Source of the DNA: an uncultured Planctomycetota bacterium
GTDB taxonomy: Bacteria; Planctomycetota; Planctomycetia; Gemmatales; Gemmataceae
Reading direction: 5' to 3'
Length of the DNA stretch: 64,000 bases
Assembly (NCBI GenBank): GCA_963849325.1
Contig: CAWKHF010000002.1
Location: forward strand, 320,001-384,000
Position 1 is the first letter of the stretch, and each line of letters begins with the position of its first letter. The notes under the pieces are model-generated. The model had not been told where the DNA came from, did no database searches, and worked only from the letters and a program-made list of their open reading frames with translations. The translations under genes were made by a program, and so were the position numbers. Below are positions 19,564-28,230 of the stretch, one piece after another.

Positions 19564-20697
19564 TCACTCGGTTGATCTCAATTTCACCCGCACGAACTTC
19601 GGACGGTAGACAGTGTCCTCGCGGAAGAGTCGGGCGAACTCCCACGTGTTCACGCAGTAGCTAACCAGCAAGCCTTCCCCGGCCGCCCACGGATGGGCCT
19701 TGCCCGCGTAGCAGAATACGCCCTTGTCCTTCGCCATTTCCGGGCACTGGTACAGGAGTACCGGGGCCGACCACGGGCCTTCCGGGGCGTCGGCGAAGCG
19801 GCCGACGATGCGGTCGCCCAGACCATTCTCCGTGTACACCGCGACGTAACTCTTCCGGCCCGGCAGCCGGCTGACGGAGAACTCCGTGGCCAGGCCGTCC
19901 GCCAGCGCAGCGGCGTCCGCCGGCTTATCGCTCCAGCCGTCCGCCGTGCGGTAACGCCACGCCGCGAAGTCCTCCGGCCGATCGGCTGGCACGCGCGCCA
20001 CGGTCAGCCGCCGCCTGCCGATCCCTTTCCCCTTCTCCACGTAACCGTAGACGTACAGGCGGTCGCCGTCTTGCAACACCGCCGAACCCCATGAGCGCTC
20101 GCGGCCGCGCCCGAACTCCGCGAACGGCAACAGATGTTGCTTCATCCGCCATTTCTCCGGTTCCGCGTTCGGATCCTCCACAATCGCCAGCCACTGACCG
20201 ACGTGCTTGAACCCGAAGGCGCCTTCGTCCCCGGTCTTTTCGATCTGCGGCAGGAAGACGAACAGTCGTTCGCCGGCCCGGAAGGCGGCCTGCGGCCAAA
20301 ACCAGCCCTTGCCGTCCGCCGGGGTGAACAGGGCCGCCGGCTTGTCCCCGTTCGTCTTTCCGGCCACAAAGCGTATCGCGTCCTTCTCTCCGCGTCCGCC
20401 CTGAAGGCCGACGGTGTTGTTCACCATCACCGCCCCGGCGCGCCGACCGTCTTTGACTTCGCCGAGCAGCGTGTCGCCGAACAGCCACAGCACGCGCCGG
20501 GGGCCGAGCACGGCCGAGTACGCACCGTCGCCGCCGATCCACCCCTTTCGACCGGCGAACTTCGCATTCCACTCCGGCGCCGGCTCCGCCTTGACGACGA
20601 CTGGAAGGCGGGGAGCGGGTGGCTCGGCCCGGCCGTCCGGCAAGGAGATCGCCGCCATCATCCACGCCGCGCCGACGATAGGCCAGGTCTTCGCCAT
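19564..20697 (-). CDS. Secreted DUF4185/DUF5005-like beta-propeller protein
   Basis: Signal peptide, WIGGDGAYS, WLFGDT, PEGPWS, YAGKAHP. Confidence 0.7.
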   Translation of the reverse strand: MAKTWPIVGAAWMMAAISLPDGRAEPPAPRLPVVVKAEPAPEWNAKFAGRKGWIGGDGAYSAVLGPRRVLWLFGDTLLGEVKDGRRAGAVMVNNTVGLQGGRGEKDAIRFVAGKTNGDKPAALFTPADGKGWFWPQAAFRAGERLFVFLPQIEKTGDEGAFGFKHVGQWLAIVEDPNAEPEKWRMKQHLLPFAEFGRGRERSWGSAVLQDGDRLYVYGYVEKGKGIGRRRLTVARVPADRPEDFAAWRYRTADGWSDKPADAAALADGLATEFSVSRLPGRKSYVAVYTENGLGDRIVGRFADAPEGPWSAPVLLYQCPEMAKDKGVFCYAGKAHPWAAGEGLLVSYCVNTWEFARLFREDTVYRPKFVRVKLRSTE

Positions 20698-20824
20698 GAG
20701 GTACTCCCGTTCGACAGCATTCGCCGCCCGCTCCGCCTATTCTAGACAGCGGAGGCAGGAGCGAAGAGAATGATCCTCGTCCATCGCTTGGGGCAGCGTT
20801 TCTCCCATGAGAAGGTGCGAATTC

Positions 20825-21883
20825 ATGCCGTGCTTCCGCCTTTGTTGCGGCACCTCGATCGTGCTGCTTTGTTGCACCGGCTGTCCGCGCTCCGTGTCGG
20901 AGCCGCGCGTTGTCCTCTACTGCGCCGAGGACGAGGAGTTCGCCGTCCCCGTGCTCGACGAGTTTCGCCGGAGCACCGGCCTGGCGGTGGCGCCGAAGTA
21001 CGACACGGAAGCCGACAAGTCCGTCAGCCTGTATCGGGAGTTGCTCAGCGAAAAGAACCGTCCGCGCTGCGACGTGTTCTGGAACAACGAGGTCCTGTCC
21101 ACGATCCGTCTTCAGAAGCAAGGACTGCTGGAACCTTACGACAGCCCTTCGGCCCGGCCTTACCGCGCCGAAGCGAAGGCAGAGGACCACAACTGGCATG
21201 CCTTCGCCACCCGCGCCCGTATCCTCATCGTCAACACTCGCCTTGTCGGCGTGAAGGACCGGCCGCGCAGCCTGCTGGATCTGACGGACGAGCGTTGGCT
21301 CGGCCGCGTGGTCATGGCCCGACCGCAGTTCGGCACCTCGGCGACGCAAGCCGCCTGCCTGTTCCAGGCGCTTGGGAGCGAACGGGCGAAGAAGTTTTAT
21401 CTCGACCTCAAGGCCAACGGCGTACAGATCGCGCCCGGCAACAAACAGGTGGCGGAGTGGGTCGGACGGGGACGAACACCGCTCGGCCAGGAAGTCGCCG
21501 TCGGCATCACCGACACCGACGACGCGATGGAGGAAGTGCGGGCCGGCCACGACGTCGCCCTCGTCTACCCCGACCGCGATGCGCCCGCCGACAGCCGTCT
21601 GGGCACGCTGTTCATCCCCAACACGCTCGCCATCCTCAAAGGCAGTCCCAACCCGGAAGGAGCGCGGCGGCTGGTCGATTACCTGCTGAGTGCCGAGGTG
21701 GAGAAACGACTAGCCGAGGGAGAGAGCCATCAGGTTCCGCTCAATCCCGAGGTGGAGGCGAAGCTGCCCCGCGCGATCGAAACGCCGAAGACGGTGCGCG
21801 CAATGCCAGTCGATTTCGCCCAGGCGGCGGAACGTTGGGATGAAGTGCAGACGTTCGTGCGTCGGGAATTCGCCCGGCCGTGA
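20825..21883 (+). CDS. ABC transporter substrate-binding lipoprotein (Fe3+-type)
   Basis: Lipobox-like CCTGC, CDVFWNNE, RARILIVN, ARPQFGT, LVDYLLS; no permease adjacent. Confidence 0.82.
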   Translation: MPCFRLCCGTSIVLLCCTGCPRSVSEPRVVLYCAEDEEFAVPVLDEFRRSTGLAVAPKYDTEADKSVSLYRELLSEKNRPRCDVFWNNEVLSTIRLQKQGLLEPYDSPSARPYRAEAKAEDHNWHAFATRARILIVNTRLVGVKDRPRSLLDLTDERWLGRVVMARPQFGTSATQAACLFQALGSERAKKFYLDLKANGVQIAPGNKQVAEWVGRGRTPLGQEVAVGITDTDDAMEEVRAGHDVALVYPDRDAPADSRLGTLFIPNTLAILKGSPNPEGARRLVDYLLSAEVEKRLAEGESHQVPLNPEVEAKLPRAIETPKTVRAMPVDFAQAAERWDEVQTFVRREFARP

Positions 21884-21898
21884 CGCAAGATCGAGGTT

Positions 21899-21946
21899 TT
21901 CGTTTAGCCGCGACGCGCGCTCCGCTGCGCGTCGCGGCTAAACGAA
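21899..21946. repeat. REP-like inverted repeat family B (internally deleted copy)
   Basis: TTCGTTTAGCCGCGACGCGC...GCGCGTCGCGGCTAAACGAA between convergent genes. Confidence 0.85.
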
Positions 21947-21947
21947 G

Positions 21948-23000
21948 TTATTTCTGTTCCCTCGACCGTCCGGCCAACATGCCGCAACCGCCGTGGATGT
22001 CCTGACCGCCGCTGTAACGGCGGACGACCGGCATCCCCAGCTCCGCCGTCAGCGCGTCGCGGAACGCCTGCAACTCCTCGGCCGACGGCGGCAGGAACTC
22101 ACCCGTCGCATCATTGACCTCGATCAGGTCCATTCGCACCGGCAGACCGGCGGTCAGCTCCGCCAGACGACGCGCATCCTCGGAGCGCGTGTTGATGCCG
22201 CGAAGCAGCGTCCACGCCAGGGTGATGCGATTGCCGGTCGCCGCGTGATACTCGCGCACGGCCGCCATCAGCTCGGGCAGGGGGTGCGTGTTCTCGACCG
22301 GCAACAACTCGCGGCGCTGGGCCGAGTCGGCCGCCGTCAGCGACACAATGAGACGATACGGCCGACGCTCGGCGGTGAAACGGCGAATCATCGGCACGAT
22401 CCCGACGGTCGAGATGGTGATGGCGCGGGCGTCGATGGCCAGGCCGCACGGGTCCGACAGGACCTGCGCCGCCCGCATCACGCGCTCGTAATTGAGCATC
22501 GGTTCGCCCATGCCCATGAAGACGACGCCGCGCACCGAGTACGGCGAATCGTCCCGCACCTGCATGACCTGATCGACGATCTCCCATGTCTCCAAATTGC
22601 GACGGAAGCCCATGCGGCCGGTGGCGCAGAAGACGCAGCCCATCGCGCAGCCGACCTGCGACGACACGCACACGATGTACTTCTCCTCGCCGGGCCGGTG
22701 GAGCAGGGGGATGCGCACCGCCTCGAACGGCTCGGTCCCGACGCCGCGGAAGAGGTATTTGGCAAAGCCGTCGGTCGGCGAGACGATTTTCTCGATCCGC
22801 GTCAGCTGCGGGATGCGTGTCGTTTGCCGGACTCGTTCGAGCAGGCGACGCGGCACCTCGGGCATCTGCTCGGGAATGCCGCCGTGCTGCAAGACGGCGG
22901 CCTGGAGACGGCGGGCAAGGCGGACGCTGACACCGTGAGGGGCCAAAAGCGCGTGCAGACTCTCGGCGGTGTGCTCCTTGAAAAGGATCGCTTCGTTCAC
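21948..23000 (-). CDS. RlmN/Cfr-family radical SAM RNA methyltransferase
   Basis: CVSSQVGCAMGCVFC, MGMGEP, ISTVG, GCGML; GTG start with GAGGG RBS. Confidence 0.88.
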   Translation of the reverse strand: MNEAILFKEHTAESLHALLAPHGVSVRLARRLQAAVLQHGGIPEQMPEVPRRLLERVRQTTRIPQLTRIEKIVSPTDGFAKYLFRGVGTEPFEAVRIPLLHRPGEEKYIVCVSSQVGCAMGCVFCATGRMGFRRNLETWEIVDQVMQVRDDSPYSVRGVVFMGMGEPMLNYERVMRAAQVLSDPCGLAIDARAITISTVGIVPMIRRFTAERRPYRLIVSLTAADSAQRRELLPVENTHPLPELMAAVREYHAATGNRITLAWTLLRGINTRSEDARRLAELTAGLPVRMDLIEVNDATGEFLPPSAEELQAFRDALTAELGMPVVRRYSGGQDIHGGCGMLAGRSREQK

Positions 23001-23013
23001 GACGTTCCCTCGA

Positions 23014-23138
23014 AAGAAGAACCTCACGCAAAGACGCAAAGAACGCAAAGAAGAAAAGAGACGAATAACGAATCATCGTCCCCTCTCTTTCTTTCTATTT
23101 ACTTTGCGTTCTTTGCGCCTTTGCGTGAGGTTCTTCTT
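23014..23138. repeat. AT-rich inverted repeat built from tandem CGCAAAG units
   Basis: AAGAACCTCACGCAAAGACGCAAAGAACGCAAAG ... CTTTGCGTTCTTTGCGCCTTTGCGTGAGGTTCTT. Confidence 0.85.
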
Positions 23139-23215
23139 GTCGGAAAGCCGCTTGCCGTCCGGCGGCGGGAGGTCCATGATGAAGCGAAGACGGTTCTTTT
23201 TCCGGGAGGTCGATC

Positions 23216-24007
23216 ATGCAAACCGAGATTTCCGCCCGAACGATCAGCTACGACGAAGGCGGCACGGGACCGGCCGTCGTGCTGTTGCACGCCTTCCCGC
23301 TGTCGCGCTCCATGTGGGCGCCGCAGATGGAGGCACTGCGGGACCATTATCGTGTGATCGCCCCGGACCTGCGCGGCTTCGGCGGCAGCAAGGACTTCGA
23401 CGAGCCGCCCGCGCTCGACCAGGTGGCCGACGACGTGGCCGGCTTGCTCGACGAACTGAAGGTCGGCGAGCGCATCGTGCTGGGCGGACTGTCGATGGGC
23501 GGTTATGCGGCGCTGGCCTTCGCCCGGCGACACCCCGGCCGCTTGCGCGGCCTGATTTTAGCGGACACCAAGGCGGAGGCGGACGACGCCGAGGGCAAGG
23601 CCAACCGCGAGCGCCTGATCGCCTTCGCCGCCGAGCACACCGGCCGCGACGTCCTGGAGCAAATGCTCGCCAAACTGGTCGCCCCGGAGACGATGGCCCA
23701 GCACGCGGAGGTGGTCGAGCGCATTCGCCACATCGCGGCGGACCAGACGCCGGCGGCGATCATCGGCGCCTTGAAGGCCATGCGCGATCGGCCGGACTCC
23801 GGCCCGTCGCTGTCAGCCCTCGCCGTGCCGACGCTGGTCGTGGTCGGAGAGAAGGACGTGCTCACGCCGCCGGCGGCCGCGGAGTCGCTGGCGGCGCGGA
23901 TTCGGGGAGCGAAGTTGGTGCGTATCGAGGGCGCCGGCCATCTGTCGAACCTGGAGAAACCCGAACTATTCAACGCGGCCGTGCGCTCGTTTCTCGCCGA
24001 GTTGTAG
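23216..24007 (+). CDS. Alpha/beta hydrolase
   Basis: LLHAFP, PDLRGFG, GLSMGG nucleophile elbow, GEKD, GH. Confidence 0.92.
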   Translation: MQTEISARTISYDEGGTGPAVVLLHAFPLSRSMWAPQMEALRDHYRVIAPDLRGFGGSKDFDEPPALDQVADDVAGLLDELKVGERIVLGGLSMGGYAALAFARRHPGRLRGLILADTKAEADDAEGKANRERLIAFAAEHTGRDVLEQMLAKLVAPETMAQHAEVVERIRHIAADQTPAAIIGALKAMRDRPDSGPSLSALAVPTLVVVGEKDVLTPPAAAESLAARIRGAKLVRIEGAGHLSNLEKPELFNAAVRSFLAEL

Positions 24008-24020
24008 GAACCTATTGTCC

Positions 24021-24070
24021 CAGCCGCTTGCGGCTTCGCGTATCGCTGCCCGCGAAGCCGCAAGCGGCTG
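24021..24070. repeat. REP-like inverted repeat family C (doublet)
   Basis: Perfect 20-bp arms 24021-24040 and 24051-24070. Confidence 0.9.
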
Positions 24071-24219
24071 TCGGGCTTCGCGATGGTAGCCCTTACATCG
24101 GCTGAGACGTTTTTACAAATCGCGCTCGCCGGCCTCCGTCGTTCCCCCGACGGCGAAAAAGAGCGAAGGTTCGGCAGGCATTCGAGTTAGAACACATTAA
24201 CACATTTGCACCCTTTCTC

Positions 24220-24235
24220 CGGCACGGGCCTTGCT
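24220..24235 (+). promoter_or_regulatory. Putative sigma54 (-24/-12) promoter
   Basis: CGGCACGGGCCTTGCT, exact GG-N10-GC; AT-rich AACACATT tandem repeat just upstream (24191-24206). Confidence 0.7.
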
Positions 24236-24245
24236 TAATGAAGAG

Positions 24246-24512
24246 ACGACCCGACCGATTGTGGAAGCGAGGGTCGGGTGCTCGCACGGTTAGCGAACGG
24301 TCTCCCCCACCGCTTCGCTCGCGGTATCCCCGTCCGTGCCGGGCCTGCGATGGTTGTCGGGAGGATCCCCCATCCTCTCGACATAGATCAGCGCGGCGCC
24401 CACCGAAGCGAGTACACCGACAACGCTTCTCTCATCCCCCTCCCTCCTTTTTGGCAAGTCACCGAACCCCCTTGAAGCCCTCCGCTCCCCCGCGGAGGGC
24501 TTCCCTCTTTTC
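24246..24512 (+). ncRNA. Candidate sigma54-dependent C-rich small RNA
   Basis: Promoter, five hairpins plus terminator, six C4-5 tracts, no credible ORF. Confidence 0.55.
24474..24512 (+). terminator. Intrinsic terminator-like hairpin
   Basis: Perfect 12-bp stem 24474-24485/24492-24503, loop TCCCCC, followed by CCTCTTTT. Confidence 0.7.
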
Positions 24513-24685
24513 CGCTCGCCGCACTTCGGAAAAGTGTATGCTTCCTCCGGCCGATCCGCGCTGGTAGAATGTGGCCTAGTCGCTTCGATCCGAAGATCGG
24601 AGAACACGGGACTCTTATCGACCTTGCGGAGCGTCGTCGCGCGGCCGGAAGAACGGCCGGCGCCTCCGACACCGATCCACGAACC

Positions 24686-25133
24686 ATGAATTTTCAAATT
24701 GACGTCTCTTCCGCCCTGCCGTGCCCCCCGGCCGACCTCCCTGCCACCTCCACCGCCGTACCGGAAACGGTCGATCTGCTGCGTCAGATCCTGGAGGTGC
24801 AGCGCGAGCAATTGTCTTACCAGCGGGCTGCCGCCGCGGCGCATGACGTGACCGCCCGCTGGCGCGCTCTTCCTGTCGCGCTGGCAGCAGGACTTTCCCG
24901 ATCTGGCCGAGGGCTGCCGCAAAGCTCTGCCACACCTGGAACGCAGCTATGGCCAACTTCTCCGCGACCTGACCGACAAGCTGACGGAAGAAGAGCACGG
25001 CCTGGATAACGACTTCACCCTACAAGAGTTCCTCGACCGCTTTGGGATGCGCCTCGCCCAACTGGGCACCATCCTCAACCTGGTCGCTCCCCTTGCGGAA
25101 GCCGCCGGCTCGTCGTCGGGCGAATCGGCGTGA
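24686..25133 (+). CDS. Helical hypothetical protein (frameshift near 24870)
   Basis: MNFQIDV...LLRQILEVQREQL joins FLSRWQQDFP...LQEFLDRFGMRLAQLG; extended -10 TGGTAGAAT at 24562-24570. Confidence 0.7.
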
Positions 25134-25150
25134 ACGAGTCGCAAATGGGC

Positions 25151-25203
25151 GAGCGGGGGCGTCAGCCCCCTGTTGCTTCCAACAGGGGCTGACGCCCCCG
25201 CTC
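25151..25203. repeat. REP-like inverted repeat family D (GAGCGGGGGCGTCAGCCCCCTGTTG)
   Basis: ~24-bp arms between convergent genes; half copy at 45942-45970. Confidence 0.85.
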
Positions 25204-25221
25204 AAATTATTGGAAACAAGG

Positions 25222-27983
25222 TCATTCTCCGTAGTCGCTGCCGGCCGACTCGCCGCGACTACGGACGCTCTCCGGGATGACGTACTCGCCGCCCTCAATG
25301 CTCTTGGTCGCCTCGGAACGCAGCTGTTCCATCAGCTTCTGATAGTACGTGCGCCGCCGGGTGTTCATCGTGTCCAGCCAGAGCGGGTTCGGGCCGTCCG
25401 CGTAGGCATACACCTCGTAGAACTCGCGGCGGTCGGGAACCTGCGGCTTCTCCATCAGCACGGCGACGTAATAGTGCTGGACGGGCTGATCCGCCAACAC
25501 CAAGGCGTCGCCCGGCTCCTTCAGGGTCAGAAGGCGCGTGACGAAGTCGGCCGACGGATGGGCAATGCGGTCGGCGGGCGGCTGATAGGGACGGAAATCC
25601 TGCGGCGTCGCCTTGCGGCCGATGAAGAACGCCGGCGGCCGGAGATGGGCCACGTTGGTCAACTCGAACACTTCGCCCTGCTTCTGCTCGCGCAGATACT
25701 TGATGGCGTCGGAGGCGTTGGCGTGCTGTTCCTTCAACTCCGACGCGATGCGGTCGGCCTCCTTGCGTGCCAGCCGACGGGCCTGCTCGAAGTACCAGGC
25801 TTTCTCGACCTGATCGCGCACCACCTCGAACTTCTGGGGGTGTGCCGGCTTGTCCTCGGAACGCCAGAACACCCACGTCTCGTCCCCGGAGCGCGAACGG
25901 AACTGCTGCGATCGCATCGGGCGATCCATGTCGAACTGTCGCTCAATCGGACTTAGCTCAAAGCTGTGGAACATCGCACTCACGAAGTCCGGCCGCTGCT
26001 GCGGCCCGCCGAACTGGAAGAAGGGGTTGTCCGCCGTCTCGTCGTAAGCGGTTTGCAGCTCTTTCAGGGCGGGGTCGGGATGGTCGATCATCTCCTGGCG
26101 CGTCTGGGCCTCGGCCATCGAATGGAAGTTCTCCAGGCCATAGTCGGCGACGACCTTTTTCAGATAATCGTCCAGCTTCCGATCCGAGTGAGAACTGATG
26201 AGCTTGTCCAACTCCTTGCGCAGGGCGAGGACGTTGGCCTCCATCGCTCGGCGGGCCATGTTCGTCTCGAAGCGCTCGACCATCTGGCCGCGCACGGCTT
26301 CCAGCGCTTGCGCGGAGTGCAGATAGCGCGTCGGCAGCGTGGCCGCCACCAGGGGCGAGGGACTGGTGCCGGCCAGCACGGTCGAGGCGAAGGCCGTCAC
26401 GGTCGCTCGTTCGTACAGTTCGTTGGTGGCCAGCAGGGTAATCGGCGCCGCCAGGGGTGAACCGCCGGTGCCGATGTCGCCCAGGAGCTGCCCGAGCACC
26501 GCCGCCGGCGCTTGCGCCTCGGCGGCGCGGCGGTCGTTCAGATCGACGCCCTGGCCGAAGCGGAAATGACTCTCGAACGACTTGCCGTCGTCCTTGTCGT
26601 ACTTGAGGGCGCGGCCGGCTTCCTCCTTGCGGTATTCCTCGTACTGAGTCTGGATGGCGGTCTCGACATCGCCGGGGACCGCGAGGTTGATGGCCCAGGC
26701 CACGCCGCCGCCGGCGGCGAAGGTGGACGCCGGGCCACCGAGGCGAAACAGCGGCAGCAATTCCGTCGCTTTCTTCGCCAGTTCGCGCGCGAACGGCCCG
26801 TCCGGTCGGTAGCTGAAATACTGCACCTTGATGCGTCGCGGCTCCTTGAAGCCCGGCTGGCGCCGCGTCGGCGACGGCTCGTCGTTCTGGTAGCGCGCGT
26901 ACAGGTTGCGCAGATCCTCCGCGTTCGGTTTGCGCTCGACCTTCGAGACGAAGTTCTCGACGGCGATCGGCAGCAGGTTCACGGCGAGCGTGGTGCGCTG
27001 CTCCTGGAAATAGCGGAAGAACTCATCCGGTGTGGCCACGGCCGGGCTGTGATGGATACCGTCAAACCGAGCGCGGAAATGGCGGACGCCCGTGCCGAAA
27101 CCGAGCACGGCCTCCTTGGCGATGGCCACGCGGTACTCGTCGGTCAGGGCGCGAAGCAGGTCGTTCGTGCCGAGGTTCTTGTGGATCTTGGTGCTGGCGC
27201 CGAAGAACCGGCGTACCCAATCGTGGTTCTCGAATTTGCTGTCCGGCTTGAGGAATTCTTCGTTTCCCCAGGCGCGGTTGACCTCGCGGCAAACGTCGGC
27301 GGGCGTCAGGACGATGCCGAGCCGGTCGGCCTCGTGCTTCCATACCAGAAAGTCGAGCAGATCGTCCACCTTGGGCGTACCGCCGAAGTAGTATTCGTCG
27401 CGCGGCTTCTCGGGGTTGAGAATCCAGGCCTGGAAGGCCAGCGCCGTGGCGATGGCGTCCACGGATCGGACCTGCTCCTCGTTCTTCTGCACGTCGGGGC
27501 GGTCCAGCAGTTTCTGCACGGATGCCAAGCTGTCCATGATCTGCCGATGCTGCTGCTCCGGCGGAGCAAACCGGAGCATCGGGTTGCGCAGACGCTGTCC
27601 ATCGCCTGCAAGGCCGTCTGCAGCGGGTTGTCGGAGACCTCGTTCGGCCCCTTCCTGTCCCGTTCGACCTTCTTGCGGATGTCGTTGACGGCGCTGTCCA
27701 GCGGCGTGGCGTAGACGATGCCGAAGAGAAGAAACTCACTGCCCAGCTGCCGCTGCATCTTGAGCCGGTCGAGGTCATCGGTATGGATCGACTTGCCGTA
27801 AAGGGACAGAACTTCCTCGCCGGAATGGCGCGTCAGTCCGATCCATTGCAGGATGTTGTGGAAGGGATCGGCGCCGCCGGAGGAGAAGCCGGTGAAGACG
27901 AAGGTGATCATGCAGAGCAGAATCAGAAGGGCAAAGTAGACCTTCTGCCGTTTGCGGAAGTGGCGGAATGGATGAAAAGCCAT
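25222..27983 (-). CDS. Large membrane-anchored periplasmic protein, SurA-N/PpiD-like (frameshift near 27585)
   Basis: PFRHFRKRQK plus TM helix ending ITFVF, EADRLGI, FKEPRRIKVQY motifs recall PpiD. Confidence 0.6.
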
Positions 27984-28131
27984 TGGCAATCCTCGCTTAA
28001 GGTCGCGCCTCCAGTCCGCCGAGCCGCTGCCGGACTTGACACCCGGCGCAAAGCTATAGTATGGGTGAAAGGCGGACTTCGCTCAAAGTGGTGATTGTAG
28101 CGACTCTGGTTGGCAACACAACAGCAACAGG

Positions 28132-28211
28132 AGGGGTCAGGGGTCAGGGGTCAGGGGTCAGAAAAACCGGCAACTTCATTTCTGACCCCTGACCCCTGAC
28201 CCCTGACCCCT
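28132..28211. repeat. Inverted heptamer arrays (AGGGGTC)4 / (GACCCCT)4
   Basis: Direct reading; lies immediately upstream of the topA start. Confidence 0.92.
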
Positions 28212-28230
28212 GCACAACAGGGAGACGGCC

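Noticed and set aside
24238-24567. 109-aa ORF and overlapping short ORFs in the sRNA region
   Set aside because: ATG lies upstream of the predicted +1, no RBS, Pro/Arg-rich non-protein-like composition, and it crosses a terminator hairpin
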